From Ophelia neglecta (Eukaryota): a stretch of DNA of 64,000 bases. A model generated the notes under the pieces. The model saw nothing but the letters and a program-made list of their open reading frames with translations, made no database searches and was not told the origin of the DNA. The stretch lies in contig OZ260667.1 of assembly GCA_965285935.1 (NCBI GenBank), positions 55,304,001 to 55,368,000 of the forward strand, in the 5' to 3' direction. Every line of letters starts with the position of its first letter. Position 1 is the first letter of the stretch. The position numbers were made by a program, and so were the translations under genes. This document shows positions 13,101 through 26,525 of this stretch, piece after piece.

Positions 13101-15682
13101 TTCACAGGAAAGTTTTGTTGGCGGTTGTCGAGATGAAGTCTAGTTCGTTGTATCAAGGTTATCAAGGTTACCGCACAATTACTTGAAATATATGCTATTT
13201 TGTTATTTTAGTTTTAAAGTTTAACACAGTTGTAAAGAATTAACAAATTATCAAAGTTTTATTTTCAAAATTTGTCTATTTTCTGATTTAGGACTTAATT
13301 GTAAAGAAACATGACTAAGTTACAGAAGCTTGAATAAAATCAAAATAGCTTTAGTGCCAACATCCAGTATAAAAATACGGACAAATCCCTAAATTGACAA
13401 AAATTACTTTACTGACACAATAACAATGACCTAACTGATACGATAAATAGACTATTTATGTATAGATCAATACTTGCGGTTTTACTAACCACACACCAGG
13501 TTTATTTTTAGAATCATAGGTAATTTTCAGTCATAGGTATATCTCGGGCATGAGTATATAGGCAGTGCACTCAGTGGCTCTCCGGTGTCCACTTATAGTT
13601 TGGTTTGAATGCACTTTACCTTACCATCGTACTGATCAGTAACTTTAAAAGTGTGTACACTCCAAAATGTACTCAGTGTAAAGAGTGTTTCATAAAGAGG
13701 TAAAATTACTTGTCATCACCTTGCAAGTTGTTTCCCGAGTTCAGCCCAGTGATTTTTCACAGGACCTCGCAATTGTACAAATTCCTCGACGAGAGCAGCG
13801 CCCCCTCCAGGCACACTGATTACCTAAATTGTATAATCTCATCTTGTAAAGCTGCGAAGCGCAGTGGTTTATATCCATAAAGTAAAAGTATATACCATGC
13901 CTAGGTATCTGCTAGGTATCTTATATCCTTTGACTATTTTGATATATGGACAATGTCATGTCGAAAGACATTTAGTGCAATCGTCGGCACATTAGCGAAG
14001 GATTGAATATTTGTTGTGGTGTCCTCTTGTTCAATCCTTCTCAGCATGTTATATTTTATTTTACATGTACAATTAATACACTAACCTTAAATGGCATTGG
14101 ACATCTGACAGTCTGGGTTCTATAAATAGCATCCAGACTAGCCCTTTCTCCCTCAAGCATCACATGACCCTGTAATAGAAAAAATAACTTCTGCAATAAC
14201 AACATATAAAACTTAAGCTAAAAGTCATTTTTTTCACACGCCACGACTAAAAAACGCGTGTATGTAATAGAGCTTCAGTTTAGCGGGTAGTTTCCCCATT
14301 CATTGTATGTGTATATCTTTGTAAACTTTAGAACAAGGCATATATGGGGACATTAGTTTCTAAACCATGTAAACCTTTCATATTACAAGTAGAAATGTAT
14401 ATGTAATTAAGAAAAATTTCATACCTGTGCTGTCCAACTGACTTTAACGAAAACAAGACCGTTGTTTGTCCGGTAAACACGTCCGCCGCATATAACTCCG
14501 CCCTTTGCCAATCCCACAAATTCTATAGAGGGTGTTCTCAGTTCCTTTCGCAGTGAAAGTTCTAATCGTGCAAAGTCGGCGTCTGATCCCTTCACCCTTG
14601 AACCGTCCAACAATGGCATCGTCCTCTACAATTTGTAGGTTCAGTTCCACTATGTACTAGTACTTTGGATTTAAACTTTTAATTTTAAAAGTACGTTTAT
14701 GAGCTATAAAAAACAGAGAGCAGTTGAAGAAGTGACATTTAGAAGGGAAAATTTGGGTATTTCACATAGGATAGTTTATCAATGAGCCCCCCCCCCCTCC
14801 CACCCCACGCGGGTTACTCAGCATTTACCCTGGGCAACGTTGTTCCGCTGAAAAGGCTTTGGTTTTCACATGTTAGTATTTGGATGGGTCTATATTTGTT
14901 CGATTTTGTATTTTGAAAGATCAGTAGTTCAGTTGTGGGGCACAAAAAAATAAGAAAATGTTACTGACAAAAATATGATGCTCTGACAACTATCCAGGAT
15001 ACGACTGCACTGCGGAAAACTCAACTTGTAAATCCAAATTAAAGCATCAAAGTATCACCGCGTACTATCGTAACCTCGTCTTATCACACAAAGTGTACTA
15101 TCAGCAGGGGGTCTATTATTGTCCCCATCACCTTAATTACTTAACTATTCAATTTACTTGACACTGACGGTAATACTACTCTCTATTCATATGGAATAGT
15201 ATACGATCCCTTCACCACTAACGACAGCTGATGATATCGTTGAGATGTTAAGTTTTTTATGAACAGTCTCTTGTTAGCAAGTGAAGCGTAACTAGCCTTA
15301 AGCAGAGAGGCAAGGACAACGTGTTCTCTCACGATTGAAAGGATATAGAAACCAGAGATAAGCGAAGTAGTCTAGAGTTCTTGTAATGTAGTAAAGATAA
15401 CGATGATAATTGATGCAACTTACTTTGTTAGAGTAGATCTGTGAGAATCATTTATTAGAATTGACTTTAAGTGTAGAGGCTTCCGGAAAGGGAACTTCCA
15501 CTTGACACGTCTACATATGATGACATTTACTATTGTTCTGAGGGACTATATGTCAGACACTATTTAATAGTATCTGCCTGTTGTGCCCTATAGTGGCAGT
15601 CTCCAACTCACCTGGGACTGTAGTGACCCCTGTTGGCTGATTGAATCTCTAAATACTGCTTATTTTCGTATCCAAGTGTACA
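10111..15682. repeat. Segmental duplication unit B (contains FN3K-like paralog B)
   Basis: Near-identical to 2226-7719 with an offset of ~7.9 kb; small indels in introns. Confidence 0.92.
10693..14619 (-). CDS. FN3K: Fructosamine/ketosamine-3-kinase family protein, divergent paralog B (8 exons, 316 aa)
   Basis: Exons (minus strand): 14425-14619, 14086-14169, 13720-13823, 13028-13139, 12218-12271, 11862-12003, 11159-11330, 10693-10780. Exon sizes and splice sites match paralog A and the frame is open. About nine amino-acid differences from A counted by eye (e.g. LHLHN>LHLDN, NYLNQW>NYITQW). Confidence 0.88.
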
Positions 15683-18600
15683 ATACTGCCTAATACTAAA
15701 CTGGCCAGTAAAACCTCCTCGTTTAACAAGATTGAAGTTGCATCCGCCGGAAACAGCTATTGATAACAAGTACTAAAATGATGAAGGCAAGTAAAACATG
15801 TTTGCATGCACAAAACAGCATTAAGAAGGGGTGTCTTTTAAATATAAAAGTATACAAATAACGCCTGAGAAGTTCTGGAATATTGTTTAGATTCCAGAAA
15901 TAAAAATTAAAATCAATTTTTATGTTAAACCACACAATGATTTAGAAGAAAACAAAAAGGATAATACAGCCCAGTACAAAATGGTGGCCGTGTTGGCTGA
16001 TCCCGTCGATAATCAGGCGATATGACAAACTTGGAAATTCATCTATTGTACGCACACATTCTCTAGCGAATGTGAACCTGCGCACAAATGTCGCATTTAC
16101 TTGAACATGTACAAAAGCAGAGATGAAGGAAGCCTAAAAATTCAGAAACCACCAACTCTAAGTGTTGCCTAGGTCATGCATTGCACGTCAGGGGCGGATC
16201 CCGGGGGGGGGGGGGGGCTGCCAAAAATGCTGAGTTTTAAACGCTGAACAAGCCCATCTAGGCTGGGAGGGACTCTTGTTTTTTGAACAGATAATTTTCA
16301 GATATACTATTTAAATGCAATATCACTAAGGGGGGAAGAGTTCTAAAAAATTACCAGGACCATGTTGTTCTTCCCGTATTCACTTTCAGTCGCCATCTTT
16401 GTTTAGAATTTATAACTAATCTACTCAAAAGTTGTCGTCATTTTTGCTCCTTTCTAGTAATCAATTTAGGTAATTGAAACATGGTGTGAATGGACTTTTT
16501 TCCATATCATCAAACATTTCAATTCTTTTAGTCCACCCTATTATTTGGAAAAGGGTGTTGGGCTGTCAGATTTTAGCGAACATGCTTTGCTTGACCTTTA
16601 CCATAAATAATCAATTTTTCGAAGTTAACGAATTTTCACAGTCCGTTCGTTTATGGTCGACCAAAATGGCAATTTGCCTGTGCTGGTTAGGTACGCAAGC
16701 GAATTGAAACGACCACAGTCGGGATCAAATTTACCATTACCGATCCAATATTTGCCAGCGTGGTGGCTCGCTTTGATTAGAGGGCTGGTGCTTTCCCAAT
16801 AAACAAGTATATACTGGGCCAATTTTGGGTATATCACATACCATTGCTCTATACCATTTCTCTGTTAGTCGGCTATGTATTGGCCATTTACAGCATAAAG
16901 TAAACTAATTGAGCTCACTTGCGTCGCGATCAGTAACCACATGTAAGCATTGGGTCAGTACTGACTCATTTAACACATCCTGTTTTCATCGGATGTACCG
17001 AACAAATATTGGCTCAATTCTAAAACAACATCATGATAAAACTTGGATATCGAACACTTGGTTCTTTTTGTGTCTTATTTAGAGACAGTTGGAGACAGTT
17101 TATCGTGCTTTTGAACTTTAGGGTTAACTAATAACATTGAAATGCAGAGCTGCATTTTTTTCCCGATTGCTATTGGCGCGAAAAAGTGCTGCGTTTTAAA
17201 ATTTCATCAGCGCAAAGTTAGCAGTTTAAAATCATCAAGAAAAGCCCAGTATCTGTAAAATGGATGAAATGTGTCCTTAATATTAAACATGCATTAAAAA
17301 ACATGTTATTTTAATAAAGATTTTGAGTCACATGACTTTAATAGGGGACTTACGTTTGGCCGGTTAAATTGGCAAACATTGTATCGTCATGATGGTATTT
17401 TATTTCGCCACGTTTATGATTGAGATTTTGGCAGTTTACCATGGCAATTATTTTTGGTAGTCATCGCAGGGAGAAATATACCTCTATATATGTTTGCTTC
17501 AGTTAAGGCGGAAGTTCTGCTATTTGAGGTTATTCAAATGGATACTATGTTGGATAAAAGTCCAATGCTTGCCTCTGAAATGTCTAAAACTCATATATTT
17601 CCATGGCTTTCTCTGTTAGTCTAACAGTTCACAGGTCTTATTTTTATGGCATAGGACGATCTATCAAACAACAGTGCGAAACCTTAAGAATATAATACGT
17701 TGTAATGGATGGGTCCCACGCTGTAACATTTGAGAATCGCACATATTCCTCCCTGACCCCTATTCGCACACAATAAAATAGTAGGTGTGTTCACCGAAGG
17801 AGCATGAAGGATCAAATGAACATCCTCAAAGACGAAAGATGCTCGATTGACTTATTCGACAAGTCCCAGCCAGCCAATCAGGTTCAACGTCAAGATATGC
17901 ATGTACAATTTAATACACTGGGTATCCTATATATATATATATATATTGATACATATTGTAGCGCTCTATATGAACCATCGTTACAGTTTAATGTCCAACC
18001 AATGTACAGAATTGTCAAATACAATTTGCCGGAATTTATGAGCATAATAACCCCGGTTGTTCAACAATCTACTTGATGTCGCACAATTACAGAATTATTG
18101 CAATCCACATAGGAACAATTTGAGACAGTCTATGCCCTCTAAATGATAATAGGTGCACGTTTTCACATATATATAAATTATTTGAGGTCAATCGAAATGA
18201 ATGCTTACATTGTTTGCACCAAAAATGATCATTTATGTCAAAGGGGCACCATGAGCCGTTTGCAGCTTCTATTTCCCCCATTTTTGACTTTCATTTTATC
18301 CTTATGTTTATTATGTACCATTATAACTATACAACAAACACGCTGAACCCGTACCGTATAAGAGTAACGCTTTTTTCTGTTCTTGTGGTGTACAAATTTA
18401 ATGTAATTGTTAAAATAAACAATTAACCAAATTAACCAATAATTTTTCTTTTCAGATCAGACATTCAATTTAGCTGGGCTTATAATTAGTAACAAACTGC
18501 AAACTGAGTAATATATGTGATTTATTTCCGGCTTGTATACAAGCTATGGAGGGTATGATTTCAGTATGAAAAGCTTACAATTTAGTTAATGATGAGTAGC

Positions 18601-19543
18601 TATATGAACACTGTACATAACAACACATGCTGTATAAATGAATATAGGCCACAGAAGTGGTGACGTCAGCCGTCTGTCAAAGCCTGGCAACATACTAGTT
18701 GATATATTTTTTTAAAACCACAATAGATGAACGCAACATGGATATTTCGGCCCATTTATAACAAATAGTCTTGCAATGGAGAGCTCCGGGTCTTGCAATG
18801 GAGAGCTGCGGGTCCCCGGGGGGTCCCCGAGGGGTGGATCTGATTATTGACGGGGAATCGCTCCCCCTCCCCAGCCACCCCGCCTCCCTCTCTTCCCTCG
18901 AATTACAACATTGAAACTTATAGAGCCTTGTGAATAATTTATTTTCAATCTCCCATCGGCGATTAAAATCCAAATGCTATTAAAGGCACCGGCATGCTTC
19001 CTGACCGCAGCTGAGGAAGTTAAGGTGTAACCAGGGCCACCAAAATTCATAATTACCCCAAATAATGAGTATGCCATTAACAAATAAGTTATCGTTTATG
19101 AATAATAAAACTGTTATTTGTACACGGTGATAAACTGGAAACCAGGTAAAAGGTATCAAATCGCATGTTTTAAAGATACAACACTAGAAAGGATACTAAT
19201 GGGTGAATACAGCTAAACACTTTCGCGTTCAATAATATAAAATTTCTTACACATTCGGAAACATTTTCATTGGGTTATCCGATTAATGTCAGTCTTAAGT
19301 TGTCTTTTCCGTAGAAACCATATTTGGCCCCATGATGCCGGGAGACAGTTCTGATTGGCCCTCCTGGTGTTGACGCTTCCCTCTAGAATCTTCTTGACAT
19401 ATTTTGGTTCTACATTTTAAAGCCGAGTTTATTAATTTGAAGTCATTGAAGGTTCAAAGTAGGCTTGGTAGAGCACGCAATATTGATCTTACGAAAGCAC
19501 CTGTTTGTTCGGAAGCACAGTACTTGTTCAAGTTGAGCGACAA

Positions 19544-20536
19544 CTATTCTCCATTCACCGTATGAGGGAGCTGGACTGGGCTTTTGCAAAACAAATTCCG
19601 CAGAGCTTTTCTAAATTTTTTAGACAAGGCACAATATATCATAAAATTCAACGATGAATTGAGTGATAGACAAATACCACGCACTAACTTAACTCTTTCA
19701 GTCAATTTCTCTTGGTTGGTATCAAAAATTTCGAAGCCTATCCATAACGCCGTATATGTGGAGTATGTGATTAAGAAAAGGACCAGCACCGCAACAATTT
19801 TGAGTGTAGGCCCTATTGTATTTTGTGTGAAATTCGTTCGTAGTCCAGTTCTCCTCGATTGTTTGATGGCATACATCAAGGTTAGGTTATAATAAGCAAT
19901 TAACACCAAAGGAATAGCATAAAAAACGAAAGGAGTCATAAACTTATGATATATATGCATTGCAAACTTGTAATGATGGTTGGTAAGCAGGTGCTTGCCG
20001 ACAAGCCATATTATGATTTGCACGTATTCTATTAGCTTGTATAAAAAGACGCCCAGGCTTATCCCAACCATCGCACGTTTGGCTTTTCCTGGAGTGCAGA
20101 AATGACGGGCATACAGCGGTTTGCAGATTGCAATATGCCTCTCAAAACTGATGTATATGACAGCATAAATACTCACAGAGATAAAATAAGACTGGAGCAC
20201 ATTAAAAAATATCTTAACCAACTTCCACCCTCCTTGAGTTGTGTCAATTTCGCTCCCAGGCGCGCCATAAGATAAATCCGCTATTGTGCGCGAGGATAAA
20301 AATCCGAGATCCGTCACAGCAAGGTATATTAACATCAGCTCCAGTCCAAAGCGATGTTTGTATGAACTTAATGTGATCAGTGATAGAATGTTTCCGATGA
20401 TTCCAAATAAAATAATAACACGATTTAAGCTATAAAGGAATATATACCCCGGATCGGTCCATTGCCAGTAACCAAAACCGTCTGTGGGTATAGATTCAAA
20501 TAAATCAGGTGGAATGGTACTGTTATTCTGCGCCAT
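19544..20536 (-). CDS. Intronless rhodopsin-family (class A) GPCR, FMRFamide-receptor-like/peptide or chemosensory type, 330 aa
   Basis: Seven hydrophobic segments. TM1 GIIGN, TM2 YLAVTD, TM3 SFERHIAICKPL, TM5 YAIP, TM7 LNSSLNFMIYC, helix 8 KKFRKAL. N-terminal N-glycosylation sequons (NNS/NST). Confidence 0.9.
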   Translation of the reverse strand: MAQNNSTIPPDLFESIPTDGFGYWQWTDPGYIFLYSLNRVIILFGIIGNILSLITLSSYKHRFGLELMLIYLAVTDLGFLSSRTIADLSYGAPGSEIDTTQGGWKLVKIFFNVLQSYFISVSIYAVIYISFERHIAICKPLYARHFCTPGKAKRAMVGISLGVFLYKLIEYVQIIIWLVGKHLLTNHHYKFAMHIYHKFMTPFVFYAIPLVLIAYYNLTLMYAIKQSRRTGLRTNFTQNTIGPTLKIVAVLVLFLITYSTYTALWIGFEIFDTNQEKLTERVKLVRGICLSLNSSLNFMIYCALSKKFRKALRNLFCKSPVQLPHTVNGE

Positions 20537-20715
20537 CTTGTGTTGGTAAAAATCCGGTCAGTCAGTAGAATCTGCTTGATGGTACGATGTCCATCAGGTA
20601 CTCTAGTTGACACACATTGCTCCCGTTTCACACAGAACTATGTCACAACCTGCGTCCACTCGACGTTCACCAGACACAATGCTACGACTAAACCGCAACC
20701 ATTTATATCTATATA

Positions 20716-21119
20716 CAGAGGCGTGGGAAGGAAAATCAAACTGAGGGGGCCAACTTTACATCGGCGGCATAAAAAAAGGGGGGGGGGCAAAACTTAGGAT
20801 TTTTTAAGTGGGGGGGGGGGGAGGGGATCCCCCTACGCCACTGTACATTGATATTTACATGCCAAAAACATTGAATAAATTCAATTATTGGTTGTGTAAT
20901 CGGTTTGTAAATAACCTACCCACAGGTAACTATATGATTATGGTCAAGCCAACTGAGGATGGACGCCTCTGACCACTGATGCATTTCACCATTTTGAGAG
21001 GGCAAAATGTGAGAGGGTCATCATTAAAAAGTGGGGGGAGGGCAAAACATATGATGGCCCCCCCACTTAAAAAAGTGGGGGGGGGGCATGCCCCCCCCCC
21101 CCCGCTTCCTACGCCACTG
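20716..21119. mobile_element. G/C-run-rich MITE (non-autonomous DNA transposon)
   Basis: Terminal inverted repeats CAGAGGCGTGGGAAG / CTTCCTACGCCACTG. An internal CCTACGCCACTG at ~20832 suggests nested or truncated copies. Confidence 0.65.
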
Positions 21120-21883
21120 TATTATATAAGGTACGTGTTGGTTCTGGAATGTTTATCAAACTCACCGAGATGGTTTTCAAATTTCACTTCTACATACATA
21201 AAACCTCCTAATACTAACCAGCGTCCCATTTTGTTTCACGTAAAGCCATGGAGATATGCATCTTCTGTCTGCTCATATGCATGTAATACGATCCAGCTAG
21301 TACTTGCCTTGTGACCTACCGCCTATAATCCACTGTGGGGCACAGGTACTATTCACTATATCCTGTGTATATGTGAGTACATACACACACATAAATATAT
21401 GTTGTGCGGGGGAAGAGGGGGGGGGGGGCAGCTCCCTAGTTAGGGCCCTTATTTTGGCACATATGGCCCTAGGACAGAGCGGCCAATAGTCCTGGTTCGC
21501 ACTATTTGCAATTGCCATAACTATAAATAGGCGAAAGATTTTGCCGAAAGCTACCAAACTAGGGTTAGGAGTTTAAAGCCTGTGTCCGAACTAGTGTTCA
21601 TGGCTAGGAGGCAAAGTTCCCGGGCCTCTGGGCCGGGCCTCAACAAGTGCCATCTTATTTTGTCCAGCTTTTGTACGGCTTATCCTAGGCTACCAACTAC
21701 CCCCCATCCCCCTGACCCCCCCCCCCACACACACACACAACCGCTCCTGTCCCCTATTTCACCCTACAATCCTGCCCCTAACCTAATCGCCGCAGCTCCC
21801 TGAAAACGAGGAAATTGCCTGTCCCCAGGAACGCCCCTAACTTCGCCTCATTCATTAATGCATTGGCCTCTATCAGATGTATA

Positions 21884-24042
21884 CAGTCCCGCTCGCGTAT
21901 TCCGTACATATTCGGCGTCCGTAGTACGGAGATTGTACGCGCAGAAAACGCACACAGAAGTCGACCACCGACGGCACCGTTCAGCGTATTAGGGCGAATT
22001 ATATGCAGACTTAGAATTTTTCGTACTTGTACGAAGCTCGCACCATAAGCAGATGTTCGTGTGAGTTATTTAGCCGCGTCACTCCTTATCAAAGTGTATT
22101 GACCATCCGCCAATAAACATAGTGCCCCAAATATATTTCATTCATTCTGTTGTAGGTTAGCCAGCCATTGAAGGACCTCAACCGGTCATCAGAGGCTGCT
22201 TCAAAATGAACTAATAAATATAGTTGTTGTTCGTTCTGAAAAATGTTTTCTCTCAAATGTTTAAACATTTTATTTTACATGCCCATTTTATTAAACATGC
22301 CCATTTTAACATTTTATTAAACATCGGCAATCAGACCAGTAACAATATGTTTAATTCTGTGCACTATAGCGTACTCTGTGATATTATATACACAGGTATA
22401 TTTACACTAACATTTATTCGGGATCTTGGTACTTCTAATACCGTCATTATTTACTTTTTGCACTTCTATACATGTATAGAATAGGAACAATGAAATTTGG
22501 GAGTGTCATAATCATTGGCGTGGCACCGTTTACGTCGGAACATTCAGGCTTAAAATGCCACTGTGCCTTTAGACCCCCTGGCGGTGCATGACCTTACTGT
22601 TGAGAAATTAAATGAGATACCGACATTGTACGAGTAACAATAATCTCACAGTTAACATCCATAAAAAATGTACAATTCTGCCTAGTAAAGGTACTCATTA
22701 ACTAATCAACGGTGTGTGCGCCGTTGTAGTGCTTCCTGGGAAACTGTGACTGTCCAGACAGCGGCAATTTCTTTGGCGACATCTTCCTGAGGCGAGCAAC
22801 TAAACCGATCAGTTGAATTGCGTTTGTGAATACAGTGTATCAGTCAGTACACAATATGATTTGTTGGATTGTTTACTTTTCAATCGCATGGTATACCGTC
22901 GATCAATTCAAAAAATATACTTAATTCAGTGTTTCCTTTTACCTGTTTTTACATGTTATCTACTCCCCGGGGCCATCACATCACAGTTCAAATACGCCCC
23001 AGGCTCTTTATTCGGATTGATTTTCAACGAGGTTACATATTTCTCAAATCATCAGCCTTGATATCGGCTACCTCTCGTATACATGTGCATGCCTGTAGTA
23101 TAGTTAAAGCTATTGACAATTTATCAATTTCAATCATTGGTTGAGTACCATGGGCTGTTCCGCTGGACAGATGCACATCAAACACACCGCACCGGGTACT
23201 GGCCGACAGTTTGTGTTAATTGCGCTATAAACACATCGTTCCTGGCCAAATACCAATTGTCATTAAGGGGAATTATGAGCCTATCACGAGTCCATGTATA
23301 TCATATCCAGCCATTTGATACGCTATGAGAGATTAACTCATTGGGAGCAGATTTAAGGAGGGATTTTTATTGGCTTTTTAAGCTACGTATAAGGATGCCG
23401 ACCAATCAGCCGTGAAGTCCATGATTCGAACAACCATCGATACAACAAACAGGAGGTATCGGGAAGACCTCAAGGTCAGGAAGTTCCGTCTCGCCACACA
23501 GCGACAGTGACATTTTCCAACAGAATGTTGGACGGGAAAATGAAGCTGTGTAAAGCCAGTGAAATGACCTAAGATAGACGTGTATATAAATATATTTGAT
23601 ATATGAAAAAGTTCAGCGCAATGTTGCAGTGCTTTATGACTATTCGATAGGCCTATTGTGAAGTTCGTCATATTATTGTAGGACTACTAGTATGAAATGT
23701 CAATAAATGTCTCCAAATGTCACGATGCAATGTTTTCTCAGTCAAGTCTAATGCTGCCATGGGAAGATTTCATTTGAGGTATCACAAGCCCTGTTTCCCC
23801 CCAAGGCGACAATCGCAATAGTGATGGGTGTAAGACTTTTTCTGTAGGGCCTATATCTATACGCCGCGTATTGTACGCATACTGTTTGCGGAGAATACGC
23901 GTACGGCTTGGCGTATTAGGGTGTACTATACGCACACGGTTTTTGCCAGCGCGTAAATATTTTGGCTATCAGGACGTATTTCTTTCGTACGAGTACGCCG
24001 TTATCTGCGTAATTATCGTCACGTAATACGTGAGCGGGACTG
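21884..24042. mobile_element. Non-autonomous TA-flanked DNA transposon (Tc1/mariner-pogo-like ends), ~2.16 kb
   Basis: TA|CAGTCCCGCTCGCGTATTCCGT at 21882 and ACGTAATACGTGAGCGGGACTG|TA at 24021-24044 are inverted repeats. Both ends have CpG-rich subterminal regions. Confidence 0.65.
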
Positions 24043-26219
24043 TACATGTCAAGGTCACTTCTGCCAGACAGAAAACTTCCTTTGTACACGTGCTGTGTTG
24101 TGTCTGGGACCAAATTCGTCTGCCTTAAAGACACCGTTGTTTGACCAAGCTATGTACAGCTAGTGAAGAACCGAGTCGTATATCTCAAGAAAAGCAAAGA
24201 TTCCGGAAAAAAATATACTTTTAACTGGAACTAAAGTAAGAAGAAGTGTTTTTAGAAGAAAACCATCGCTTTTTGTAGAACTTTTAGCCGAAATTTAACT
24301 CATATTATAGTGCAGAAGACAGCAGCAGATTCAGCCGAACTCTGCAGGGATCTTATTCAAGCTGGCGTCCAGGCCTAAGGACATGGTCCAGTGATCTCTA
24401 CCATGCAGGCTTCCAGGCCTATGGTCATAAGCCAAGGTTCTCAGCCATACAGGTTCCAGGCCTAAGGACATAGGCCTTGCATCGCGCTCCCTCTTACGGT
24501 CAGTTTCAGTACGATTTCAGCACTGTAAAGAACAGAGAACATTAGAAAAGAACTGAGATGTTAAACTAGAGAAAAAGTTAATGATATGAACATTTTACAG
24601 GGGAAATCGGCTATGTTCAGAGGAAATTGTCTACTTTGCGGCTAGCAATTCTTTGCCGAACACTTGTGTCCAACCCACTTGTGAAATTCTTCGACTATGA
24701 CTGCTTTAGCCATTAAAAATAGAAAAAAAGTAGACAATGTTTAAATCAACAAGGTCAGAAGGTTTTATAACCGGACAGAGTGCAGACGATTGCTCCGATA
24801 TGTATAAGCATCCAAGAAGACCATACCGGACTAGCCATCAGGAGCAACATAGACGAAAAATCTACCTTTGTCCAGTGCAGCCCAATAGGTGATGGTGTGT
24901 TGTATAAGTTCCCTTTAGCCGGTCCCAATATTTCATTGGGACATATTGGGACAACCTGCGGCTAGGTAGTCGTCATGTTAGATGGGGGGAGCTCTAGATC
25001 AGATTACTATTGAAAACGATGACATCCCTTTCATATCAATGTATTTAGATCTGTTAAGAATTGAGCCCACTAACTGGTGCTTCTACACGGGTTACAAAAA
25101 TGTTTAAAAAATATTTATGTGTTTAGTCTTGCGTGTGTGACTTTGGCCAAGATAACTCTAAAACTACTCTTTGTGTAAATTTTGGTTGACCTATATTCAA
25201 TATGTAGGTCATAGTGCCATTTTGAAAATTCACATGCTATCCATCAATACAAGAGTAATTTTTGGTTGATCTATATTCAGTATGTAGGTCACGGCGCCAT
25301 TTTGAAATTTTACATGCTTACTATTAGCATGTAATTGGCAGCTGAGTGGTAAGATACCCACCTGTCATTTCAGAGGTCTGTTGCCCGAATTCCGTCAGTA
25401 GTAGAACTTTTTTGGAAAAAAGTTTAAAGAAAAGAAACAGATTATAGCCAGTCACTATATTCACATGAGTAAAATAAGAGGGTGCTTGAGCAAAGATTAA
25501 CTTTTCCAATTGAATGCACATTTAATTTTTTTTTAATGGCCAAAAGGCGAATATTTTGGCAATTTAGAAATCAACTGATGCAATAAGCTGTTAAAAATGT
25601 GACCGTATTTAATATTTGCATTCTGAAAACTGTAAGCAGTGACCAGCCTCTTTAAGATTTGAAGGTGTAATTATAGAGAACCCATGTAGAGGCACAACAT
25701 GTCATCGTTATATAAAATTAAACTGGAGTCAGGAGAATGTAGGTTGATTATATGAATATCTGGTGTAACCAGATTACGATGTTGTCATTGTGATTATAAT
25801 GCACTTGGTATTATATCACAGTGATGCATCTTGATTTATAATATTTTGGTTGCTGTGGCTACAGCTTGCCCCCCACCCCATCCTCATCCCGCCCGTCTAC
25901 TAAACCATGCTATGTTTCAGAGTAGAACTAACTAGAATAGTAGAACCATAAGAATATTATATTTAGTTATTAACATAGATAGCAGCTTCCTTCTCCTTCC
26001 TTTCATTTTATTTGATGTATATGATTGCTATGTTTGAAATGTCGAGGACTTCAATGTTGGAACGACTAACTGGAATGGACATATTCAGATTAGGCACTGT
26101 GAAACTTCAGGCAAACCAAGGGCCTCAAGAAGAGCGTTGAATAGAAACAAAAAACAAGGGCCTGGCTAGTCTTGAAACAAGGCAAAACTAGCAGCATATC
26201 TAGACATAAAACTTGGTTT

Positions 26220-26525
26220 CATATCCAGCCTTGAAACCAGGCAAATAAGGTGCATATCCAGCCTTGAAACCAGGCAAATAAGGTGCATATCCAGCCTTGA
26301 AACCAGGAAAATAAGGCGCATATACAGCCTTGAAACCAGGCAAATAAGGTGCATATCCAGCCTTGAAACCAGGCAAATAAGGTGCATATCCAGCCTTGGA
26401 ACCAGGCAAATAAGGCCCATATCCAGACTTGAAACCAGGCAAATAAGGCCCATATCCAGCCTTGAAACCAGGCATATAAGGCCCATATCCAGCCTTGAAA
26501 CCAGGCATATAAGAGGCATATCCAA
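26220..26525. repeat. 33-bp minisatellite, about 9 copies
   Basis: Unit GCATATCCAGCCTTGAAACCAGGCAAATAAGGT; gives periodic minus-strand ORFs (PGFKAGYAPYL)n and (LICLVSRLDMH)n. Confidence 0.9.

Noticed and set aside
2783-14619. FN3K paralogs A/B as pseudogenes or retrocopies
   Set aside because: All eight exons are in frame with valid splice sites once the GC donor is accepted, and introns are retained.
19584-19892. Antisense ORFs overlapping the GPCRs (also 42730-43020 and 43651-43959)
   Set aside because: Shadow frames of hydrophobic coding sequence with no independent motifs.
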